Position numbers and translations under genes: made by a program. A DNA stretch of 64,000 nucleotides from Octopus bimaculoides. Taxonomy: Eukaryota. The notes beneath the pieces were generated by a model. The model ran no database searches and was not told the origin of the DNA. It worked only from the letters and a program-made list of their open reading frames with translations. The stretch spans positions 54,640,099 through 54,704,098 of the forward strand of contig NC_068997.1 of assembly GCF_001194135.2 (NCBI RefSeq), written 5' to 3'. Below, one piece after another: positions 27,972-39,391 of this stretch. Position 1 is the first letter of the stretch. Every line of letters starts with the position of its first letter.

Positions 27972-28182
27972 CTTTTCTACTCTAGGCACAAGGCCTGAAA
28001 TTTTGGGGGAGGGGGTCAGTCAATTAGATCGACCCCAGTGCGCAACTGGTACTTATATCGACCCCGAAAGGATGAAAGGCAAAGTCGACCTTGGTGGAAT
28101 TTAAACTCAGAACGTAAAGACAGTCAAAACACTGTTAAGTATTTTGCCCGGCATGCTAACGATTCTGCCACCTCAGTGCCTT
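27972..28182 (-). mobile_element. Young tRNA-derived SINE with a 17-bp target-site duplication
   Basis: TSD aggaa(c/t)aaaactatatt at 27955-27971 and 28183-28199; CpG-rich body; A/B-box-like head on the minus strand. Confidence 0.85.
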
Positions 28183-29409
28183 AGGAATAAAACTATATTG
28201 TGAAAGCTATTTCTTCCTGATATACATTCCCCTCTATATGGAATAAAAACATTTATGTATCGATTTCCACGGTTTGCATGTACTTGCATTGTTTTTGTTT
28301 TTTTTAATTTGAATGAAAATTTATGGTAGTTGTAATGATTAAATATTTATAGTATGGTAACATATACTGGGAGAATTATAATTTATAATCAATTTCTAAA
28401 CACTGGTATTGATTGATGATTTTATGTCAGTCTGACCACAACTAAAAAGTAAAGATCAGAGTCAATCTGTAAATATTTCTTCCTACAAAGGTATTTAATG
28501 TACTACTACCTCAACATATCTGTACTTACATAATGTAATAATGTTTTACAGTTGATTGTGCAAGACAACTGAGCTAATTAACCCAATTTCATATTAGAAA
28601 TCTTCCTTAATTAATGCTTACTTCCACTACTAATTAGCTTGTATGTACAATAAATAGATGCGTATTTACTTTTGTGAAATAAATCAAAAGGATTGCACTA
28701 CTCATATAATTGGATAATTTTCCCCCTCTGTTTTGTTATCCATTTAATATTTCAAAATGCGAGCTTTGTTAATGTTATTGCTATTATTACTCCTATTATT
28801 GCTGTTATTATTGATCTGATATATAAAAATTATAAATATTGTGGAAAAATCTATCATAATGAACATTTTTCAATGTAGATTACATCAATCAAAGAACTTT
28901 GTTTCATAAATATATATCAAGATAAAATATAAAGTTAATGAATATTTGATATAATAAGCTAATTAATTTACGGGGAAGCATTATAATGAGAATTACTAAT
29001 TACAATACAGAAAAAACACTTGTTTAAGTTGATCTCAATAGGTAAAAAAGCATAAAATGATTTCTTATGGTTATAAAAATAATTTGACAAAAATTTCTTA
29101 GCTCAAATGATTATTATATCAAACTTGATATTATTCTTATACCTGATCAGCACCTCACTTCAATAATCTAAATTGTTTAAAGGAAAAAAAGGCAAAACTT
29201 GAATTAAATCTTTCAAGTTATCTTTGTAGAAACAATTTTAATTTTGTATTTTGTTATCTAAATGTTTTTCTTAATGAAAGACTGACAATAAATTTATAAA
29301 AGTGGAGTGTGTGTGTATGACTATGCGAAAATACTGACTGAAGTGAGTGTGACAGATAAAATTTGTAGAGTAAACGTGGATGAGAGTGTATATTAAAGTT
29401 GCAAATATA

Positions 29410-29572
29410 TTAAGCTGTACATACATTTTCATTGTTTTCTTGCTGAGCCTCAACAAATGCCTGGACATGATTGCATTGAACTGCTTGTTCATCAATTGAA
29501 AGATGTTGTGAAGTTGTATCCTGACCATGCGATCGACTGTCTCTGTCACGTGGGCCTTTTCGAAATAATCCA
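29410..29572 (-). CDS. THSD7A: THSD7-like terminal coding exon, cytoplasmic tail (GLFRKGPRDRDSRSH...ENNENVCTA*)
   Basis: Acceptor tctcatctcag|T is phase-compatible with the TM exon; basic stop-transfer residues (RK); TAA at 29412-29410. The ORF track lists a different frame here. A gtatgt donor at 29424 could extend the tail. Confidence 0.8.
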
Positions 29573-32500
29573 CTGAGATGAGAAAAAAAGAAAGGTTGTT
29601 ACTGAGAAAGTGAAAAGAAACAAATAAAAGAAATACTCAAACATTCATTGTGGTATTTAATCTAACACTTTGGCATTTAATATGCTCATATCAGGCCCAG
29701 ATATTCTACCTGTTTTATGTTAAATTGACCAGATTCAACCTCTCACACCTACCCTACAATGTCATTCTAAAAATATATAAATACACCATTGGAATCTTGA
29801 AGCTACAAGATAATATATGATTAATTCAAAACAATGTGAATAAATAAACATATAAAAAATACAAAATGGGACAAGAACGCAAAACATCCAGACAGTTAGG
29901 TGATACAAAAATGGGACAACGAAACATCCAGATAGACGATACAAAGAAAACAAAGACAGGTCATTCAAAGTTTTCTTTCCTCAGTCGAGTACCAAATTAT
30001 CTTCGCAATTTCGGTTGATTATCCTTGTGATTGCTCCAATCTGGCCAGCCCCAAGGAAAACCTAAGCTAAGAGCATTAGATTCTTTGGAAGAAAGCAGCA
30101 AATGTATACAAAAACAAGGATGGGAAAAAAACGGATAATGTTACACAAATATAATAAAAATAATAACAGGACATAACTGGCACTATAGTTATTTTACAAA
30201 CCTACCTGCACTTGCTATAATATAGAATATTAATTTTTCCATTGCAATAACATAACTTATATTTCTATAGAAATAGAATATTAAATTTTACTTTTAGATT
30301 GATTTGCTTTTGGAATCCACACGACTTTGTTTGCCTCAGATCTCTTCATGACAAACAGTTTCTAACTTTGCTCCAGCATTCTGATTAGCAGCAAAGATTG
30401 ATGAATTTTAAAACAATGATATTCAAAGACTCAGATTTTCAAAATTCATTTTGTAAAAATGGCTGTAATGCAAATTGAAAACAGAATTGTCACCATGAAA
30501 CTATATAGTATAACCTTATTAATTGCTCCATTGTTGAAAAAACAAAGAAAACATCTGATAAACTGATGGATATACTGTGAAGAATTAAGACTAAAATGCT
30601 ATTCAACTAAATTGCTTTTAGTCTGTGTCACAGTGTTTAAATTAAACCTGACAGCTGAGAGTTGTTGGAGACGAATGACCAAGAATGTTTCACAACATGA
30701 TCACTTGTATTTTCAAAACATTAATTTCAGTAACATTCAGAGAAATATTATTTAGCATATTTAGAAGTGGTTTGACTACAGGAAAAGATGTGTTGACAGT
30801 AGAGTTTGTCTACAAGTTTCTAAGTAGAAAGTGCTCAGCTTAAAAGCTGATGTAGGCATAAAAGACAGATAGGTGGTAATAAATGACAAGGAATCAATTT
30901 TCATTCAGAATTATCAAAGAGCAGATGAAAATATGCTGTAAAATCTGGATATTTCACTGAATTAGTTTATGATGACTAGCTTAACAAATTTTATATACAA
31001 GAGTTTTCACAACAGAAATTTTCCATTTGTTATAAAGATATCATAGAACTGTGATAAAATAGTCAATGAAATACACATTAAATAAATCTTTATAGAGACT
31101 TTAATGATTTAACAACATCAAAAGACTGTAAAAATGCGAAAGGAATTCTACTTAAAATCTATGAAATGATGATACCATATAGCATAGAAGAAGTATGTCA
31201 GTCCTGCAACAGCCAGAGTACCTCCACCAATCACTGCGTACATCCAAATTGACATACTTCCTCTCTTGTCTGAAACAGAAAAATTGCACTTTATTTTAAT
31301 TGATGTCATAAATATTCAAAAATTTCTAATTTTTCCATAAATATTTAAATTTTGAATTATCACACTTCTTTCTAACTCTGTCTTACTTACTCCCACCCAC
31401 TGTTATTTAATTCGAATGATCTTGTAGTTTCAACAAGAAATCTGTTCTGGGCCCCTTTTTTTTTCCAACTTTAGCCTATCATCACTGGGCGTAAAGCTGC
31501 CTCACTCCCAACTGTACTGCACTCTGTCAAGGGTGATCATTGTGTTGAAAGTTACCTGGTAACCTCACTAATGCTGGTGCTATGAAAAGCACCCAATAAA
31601 CTCTGTAAAGTGGTTCAAGCCATACTAAAGCAAACGCTGGCCTGTGATGAAGTCCTCTAACTCATTATGCACTGTCAAACCATTCAACCCATGTTGGCAT
31701 GGAAGATGATGTTGATGATCATTTTGATAGTAGTTATTTCAAATAATTTCTCTTCGCAAATTTATTTAATAAAGTTTCTTTAACTGATTCTGTGTCCCAT
31801 TTTTACTAAATTCTCTTAACATTTGAATATATGTTGAGTTGTTGGAATAAAACTCAAAATATTATCGAAATTCTTGTCATTTTAATAACGATTCAGGAGA
31901 AAATCGTTTAGTCAACCAGTGATATTTGGATTTCGAACTATGATGTTAAAAAAAAAAAAAAAATTTAATGCCAAAATTTTCAAGATTCATCTCATCAACA
32001 TGGTAACAAGTTTAAAAAATGATGCTAAATAAAATAAGAGAACTGTAATCATGAATTGATAGTTAAAAGAAAAACAGCATCTCAAATGTCATATCATTGA
32101 AAAAATTGTCAATCAAAATGTTGGCATTTTTATTATCTTTGAAAATACTTGTAACATATTTATACATGATGAGAGTAAATTAGATTTAAGTATATATTCT
32201 TACTGTTATCTATAGAAAGTATATAAAGTTTTATACACTTGCATATAATAATAATGATAATAATAATAATCCTTTCTACTGTAGGCACAAGGCTTGAAAT
32301 CTTTGGGGAGTGGATAAGTTGATCACACCAGCCCCAATATTTGACTGAGATTTAATTTATCGACCCTAAAAATATGAAAGGCAAAGTTGACCTTAGTGGA
32401 ATTTGAACTCAGAATGTAGCGGCAGATGAAATGCTGCCAAGCAATTCACCCAGTGCGCTAATGATTCTGCCAGCTCACTGTCTTAATAATAATGATAATA

Positions 32501-35500
32501 ATAATAATAATCTTTGCCCTAGGTGTTGGGAAGACACTTGGCAAGAAATGGAAACAAAATTGAAGAAGAAACTAATAATAATAAAGATGGTTTTTGACTC
32601 AGGTGCAAAACTAACAATTTTGTGGAGTGGGGTTAATCAATTAGATTGATCCCTAGTACTTAACTGGTACTTTATTTTATTGACCCTGAGGATCAATGGT
32701 AAAGTTGACCTCAACAGGATTTGAAATTAGACCATAAAGAGCTAGAGTGAATACTACCAAAGTATACCCTTCATCCTTCACCCCACAGTCTAGCAATGTA
32801 GTCATTATAATTGAATAACATCTGCCCTTGAAATTGCTGACACTGTGCTGACATCAAAAGTCATTATGTAAAGCTCAGCACAATTGTTGATGGTCTTTGT
32901 GCTGTCCCCCCTCATCTATGCCCCTTGTGACTAATAAAAGAAATTATTATTATTCTCTACTATTTAATTTGGCAAGCTGGCAGAATCTTTAGCTTGCTAG
33001 GCAAAATACTGAGCAGCATTTCATGCACCTTCTTTTCCTGAGTTCAAATGCTGCTGAAGTCAATGGTTTTTAATGATAGTTGAGTGCTTGGGAGTGATGT
33101 AATCAACTTACCCCATTACCCCAAAATTGCTGGCCCTGTGCCAATATTTGAAGCTATTATTATTATTCTATGTTGTGAATATGCTACAAATATTGTCAGT
33201 TGAAACTGTTGTCCTTTGTTGAAAGGTAATCAACATTAATATGATTTGAGCATTAATATTTGACCCTGAGTTTAGCTATCAAACTCAACTCGAAATACAG
33301 GCTAATTAACACAAAGACTGATGCAAGTAAAACGAAGTAAGAATAAAAAATAGTTGTAATACTTACATGCATTACTGGGATTATTTTCTTTTGTTGTGAT
33401 CTGTGTTTGTGTGTTAGTAACTGATATTGGGCCACAGCCAATTAGGATATTATCACGATAGATTGGCTCAAAGGAAGGTAGACACTGACATACATTTACA
33501 TCAGAACACACTGAGCCATTGTCAGGACAAGGCGGATCACAGATAAGCGTGTCACCAGGATAAGTATTTTCATCACAAGCACCTGTTTTTGGTAGATAGA
33601 AAAGAAGAAAAAATAGATTGTTTTATAAACAGTGGTGAACTGGCCAGGTTGTCAGCTTGCCCAATGGAAAGTGGGCTCCTGTGCCATTAGAATCCATATA
33701 TGGGGGCCCATGTTAGTAGCTAAGGGACCCATCCCCTCAAGTTCAAGAATATTTTATTCACTCCTGGAAGAATGTATAAATTATTTCAGCCTGGCTGTGT
33801 TTGTGGACAGTTGAAAAGAATACTTTTAACAAAAACAAACAAAAAAAAATTGAATGATAACATTGTAGTAGTGGGTGGGCCCCCTTGTAGCTGCTAGTGG
33901 GCCCTCTTAGTCTCCTGGCAACCAATATTTTTAGATCCAGTCCACCACTGGCTATAACCATGAAATAAAGTGTATAAGTCTTACATGCTTTCAACATCAC
34001 TTGTAACTTTATATAATTTCCCATTCTCAAGTTTTATAAAACTATTCATTAGAATGAACACTATTATGTCTTACTTCATTTTTGTATCTAGTTTGCACGA
34101 TTCTTTGTGAATTCGTGTGTTGAAGCAAATTTGGTTATTTCTTGGGAGAATCATATTGTCTTAATACCTTATCTAACACACTCATCGGTTTGATTTTCAC
34201 TCATTATTTATATTTTTTCTTCCAAAATCTTCATTGCTTTTGCAACCTTGTCAATGGATGTTGTAAGGAAATCTTTACATTTTCTTCTTTAATGATTTGA
34301 AGCAAAATGTAAAGGAATCCAATAATTTAACTACGATATGAATGAAAATTCTTTTTTTAGATTTCTTAAAATTTTCTGCACTATGGATGCTGCATTTTCC
34401 TGCTCAATTAATTAGCAGAGAAAAAAAAAACATCTTGTTCATATTTACCTACGAAGAATGAATTATTGATGTTGCTCCTGCTGTTGTTGTTGCTGCTGTT
34501 TAGCCTTAAGTGAACTCTGATTGAGCAGGCGAACCTGAGCAAAAGCATTTCAACCGTAACCACTGCATGTTTTAGAGATTTCTATGACTCAATTTTTGGT
34601 ATTTCTACAACCTTCCTGTTCTTAAGAATGCTCTTAAGAGTGATTTGATGAAAATGTGATTGCTATTTCTAGCAAATTGATTGAACTTGTTTGATATTAG
34701 ATTGAGCTTACAGTCCCATAGGAAGAAGGATGTGATCAAGAATTTGGATGGGAACCACTAGTACCAGAATCTTTTGAAGAATTAGAGAGAGTAGGGATGA
34801 CATGCAGGACTAATTCATTGAGAAATGGTCGGAAACTTTTTTATGAACCATAAATTTTTCTGAAATCCTATATTCAAGTGATCAAATGACTATTTCAAAT
34901 ATTCACTTATTAGTGACACAGTCCATCCTACATATAAAAAAGGCAGTGGCACTTTTGGAGTCTACAAATCATTCTTGCTCCTACTATGTACACTTTTATA
35001 TAACCACAGCTGTAAAGAAGACAAATTATGGTAATTTGATAAAAAAGAAAAAAAAGAAAATGCCGTTTGATCATAAAGATTACTCATGGCTTTCAAATTA
35101 TTGGTTAGATTTAGCTGATAACTTGGGAATCCTGTTTTTGTGTCTAAAATCTACTCCAGTGCTAGGTTCCATTAAAACAGGTGAAGTGATGATTATATTC
35201 CAATTTTATTGAGTGGTCTGTTATGGAATTACCATTCTGAAGAGTGGTAAGTCCTTCTCTTGAAGATAAAACAAAAATGCTGCATCTAACCCAAAACATG
35301 TGGAAAAAAAAATTAAATTAAAAAAATCTCATTTATGTTGAATACTGAGTCTTACCTGTAACATTTAGAGAATCAGATCTTTCACACCATACATGTCTTT
35401 TGTTTTTATTCCATTTACTATATTTCCACTGGAAAGTAAAACATTTCTTTGCATGGCATGGGCGACTCTCATAAAGTTTTGGAGGACAGAGTTTGGATCT

Positions 35501-36405
35501 TGCAGCAGGATAAGCCAGAATTGCTCGCGATCGACTCTGGATTCCTCGCTCATGATCTGTAACTGAAACATAAATGACAACATTAATGATGATCAAATAT
35601 ATCGCATGCTTTGTCAATAATTTATATGAACTGTTCTTTAAACATTTGAAGGTAAAAAACGCTCTTTAGCTTTGCAATATGGTCTTTCTCACCAAGAAAC
35701 AAAATGTTTTAATCTATAGTTTATCATTTATTTGCTAGAACAGGTTATACTTCCATCTCAGTAAGTAATTAAAAAACTCTCACTTATGTACAATAGGTAT
35801 TTTTATATAAATACTTGTAAATACACTCAGTATTTTTTACTTTTCACTTGTTTCAGCCATTAGACTGTGGCCGTGCTGGGGCATCACCCTGAAGAATTTT
35901 AGTTCAACAAATTAACCCCAATACTTTATATTTTTTCAACATCTGGCATAAACTCTTTATTTGGTAGTGGAAGCTTTTTCCCTTTTCTCTCCTTCATTTT
36001 TTTCTGTCTTGCAAGTTACTTGGCAACCTTACTAGTACCAGTAGCATGAAAAAAACCACTTTGTACAGTGGTTGGTGTTAGGAAGGATATTCAGCTGTAG
36101 AAGCCATGTCAAAAACTAACATTAACATCTAACACTGACTTGCAAATTGTCAGATACTGTCAAACTGTCTTACCCATGCCAGCATGTTAAGTTTTTGTTA
36201 AATGATGATGAGGAATAAAAGTTTTGTCTTCAAGTTCAGAGATATCGAAAACCTAATATATCAATCAGCTTAGTGTAAAAAAGAAAAAATAAACACTTAT
36301 TTTGTTTATTTTTATGTGAAACTCCTATGAGAGAACAACGATAAAACATATAGACACGTATGTATGTATGTATGTATGTATGTATGTATGTATGTATGTA
36401 TGTGC

Positions 36406-36462
<57 letters not shown>

Positions 36463-39333
36463 TTACACAACTGAGACAATTTTTCAAATACAGGATTGAG
36501 CAAATTTTATTTCTTTATAATCAAGATTATTTTTAAATATTTCCTTTAGAAAAGAAAAAACCAAACTCTTTACAACTCGATGATAATTAAATTTGTTGTA
36601 CAGAAAACTTTTTCTCTTAAGATCTTTCTGGTATCTGTGAAAAGCTTTGAAAACACAATTCCTTTGTCTGATGAAGACTGGTCATTGAAGGAGTTAAATA
36701 TTACAGTATGTTGCCTCGCAAAAAAAAAAAAACGAAAAATAAAAAGGCAGTAAGTTTATTGTAATGCTTCTAAGAATGGGTAATCTCTTAAGATGTGAAT
36801 GCAGAATTAATACATAGACATATCAAGTGTGTTTCTTTTACTGATGCATAAGGCAATGTCTTGGATAGTTTTCCCTAACAGAATTATACTTACAATGAAA
36901 CCCTTCTATTAGTCCTGCATAGGTATAACTATATATGCTTGTAAGCGCAAATATGTTCAGCACACATGAATAGACAAGCTGCCATGCAATAAATCTACAA
37001 AATCAGCTTACCTCCTTTGTCCCGACAGTTTAAGTAACATGCACTCCATTCACTCCATTCCGTTAGAACACACTCTCCAGGGCATCCGATATAGCATGAT
37101 CTTTTAGTCTTTAGAAGATGAAAGAAAGATAGAATCATATTTAGTTTTGGTAGTTTTGGTGTTTGTACTCCATTATAAACTTATTGAATTGAGTTAAATA
37201 GGTTCCTTTATTTTAATACATAAATTTCTGGATATGGAAACAAAGATAACATTTAGTATATTGGATATGAGTATGTGTGTATGCATATATCATGTGTGGA
37301 TATGTGCATGCACACACACACACACAAACACATATATTTGTGCTTATATTTATTACCTCCACCAAGGAAGGAAGTTATGCTTTCATCGGCGTTGGTTTGT
37401 CCGTCTGTCCGCAAAATAAGTCGGAAAGTTGTGAACGGTATCTGAGGAAACTTGCAGGAAAAGTTGGTAACGACACAAGGAACAGATGAGGAAGTTTTGA
37501 TAGTGATCCGGGAATTTTATGGATTCTTAAAGGATTTTTCATTTGTTATATTTACTTTACATGAAGTATTACAATGTTACGTTGTTTGGAAACACGTTCA
37601 TCGTTTCCACTTAACCTATGGTGGCGTTGCTGTTTCCTTCACAATTTTAAAGTTAGTAAAAAGAAACTATTTAAACAAATTTAAAGCTATTCAGAATGCA
37701 AAGAATTATAAAAGACAAAATGTTTCTGCTACCTTAATTGCAGCTATACTCCGGTTGGCTTTACAAAATGAATCGTCAACTTGTGTTTTCCCTTCTCCTG
37801 TACATGTAATATTCCTTATTTGCACCCCATGTCCACAAACTCCTTTCTTGAAAGAAGAAAAACAACACACTTTAGCAATATTATAGGAAGAATATAATTG
37901 AAATGAGAGATATTCTGAGGAAATTCTCCTCTTTTAATGTATAATGGAAATTTAATAACCAAATTTGTTTCAATCATTTGTATAAATTTTGAAATCTGAA
38001 GAGATATTTAATGAAAATATAACCTTAAGTAATTAATACATTGTTATGTCTTTCAACTCAAGTAATTTCCTTTTGTCTTCAATTAACTCTTGGAAATAAA
38101 GAATTTGTTAGCAAAGATGTGTAAAAGTAATGAAAAAAATGGAGAAAAATAGCATGTGAATTTAGTAATTTTCTTGTAAGAATGAAACATAAACTTCAGT
38201 AACATTACTTTATAGCTGTGATTCTAATATTTTAAGGTATTTAGCTGTCTGTTGTCAGAATTTAATGATTTCTAATGAAGATATATTATTTTGTGAAGTA
38301 GTATAGCTAATTTTAAAATAGACAGTAAAGATGGCCGCAACACTAGAATCAGGTTGTTTTGCTTAGTTTTATTTGCATACATTTCTATTATGAACTTAAA
38401 TCCTACTGGGATTTGGCTATATATATTTCATTTCTCTGGTATTGATAAAATAAGTATTAGTATTATATTGCAATATATTCAATAAAAGTTAGTCTTTTGC
38501 TCAAGGAAATATTTAATAATATAGTTCAGTGAGAAATTGGCTCATATTGATAATAAAATTGAGATAAAGAGATAAAGGATTGAAAAGTTGCTTCAATACA
38601 CGATAAAAATAAAATTTGATAAGACATAATACAGAACTGTCCATTTTGAAAGTCAAATTTCAGTGTTGTAAAAAAGCCAAAAAACTAATGTCTGTCTAAT
38701 AAAGGTTTTTACCTCAGTAAAGCATTCGGTCCATTCTGTTACATCCCATCTAAAACAACCACGTAATACACAAGGCTTTCTTTGAGTAAGCTGACTGGAA
38801 CATGGCCTGCCATACCCAACTGCCTTCTTTAGAACGTACCTTTGTCGCTGTGATGTACCTGAACATATTAACAAATGAAATAATGAAAGAATGTGTGTAA
38901 CAGAGATTTCTTTGTATTGTGAAAAATGTTAGAAAAAGCAATTAATGCAAGAGAGTGGGTAAAATCTTTTTAAGCCAAAGCAAAATATAGTCAGAACCTG
39001 TTGACAGATTGTTATCTCACATAATCATCCACCCTCGATTTAGATTTTAGTGTTTACTATGAAAAGCTTGCTAGATTACCTGTTTCTTCGTTTTACCTGT
39101 TTTTCTATGCTATTATCATTGGTTGGACGAGTACTAATTTGAGGCAGTTTTTCTTTACAGTTGGATGCTCTTCCTACTGCCTGCCTTTTCTTGTTTTTAC
39201 AAGAGATTTTTATATTCCTTTGAGAGCGCAGAAGCTACAGGATGTAATGATCATCAGGAATATAAATATAGCAGCACTGTTTTTACATTCACACAATCTC
39301 ACCTGAGAAGTGGACATGACAACTTGCATGCTT

Positions 39334-39391
<58 letters not shown>

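Noticed and set aside
29271-29573. ORF-track frame MDYFEKAHVTETVDRMVR...
   Set aside because: Wrong frame; the phase inherited from the TM exon selects GLFRKGPRDRD.
37452-37886. 144-aa plus-strand ORF, the longest in the track
   Set aside because: Composite of the Helentron-like element and the antisense of exon 37846-37733.
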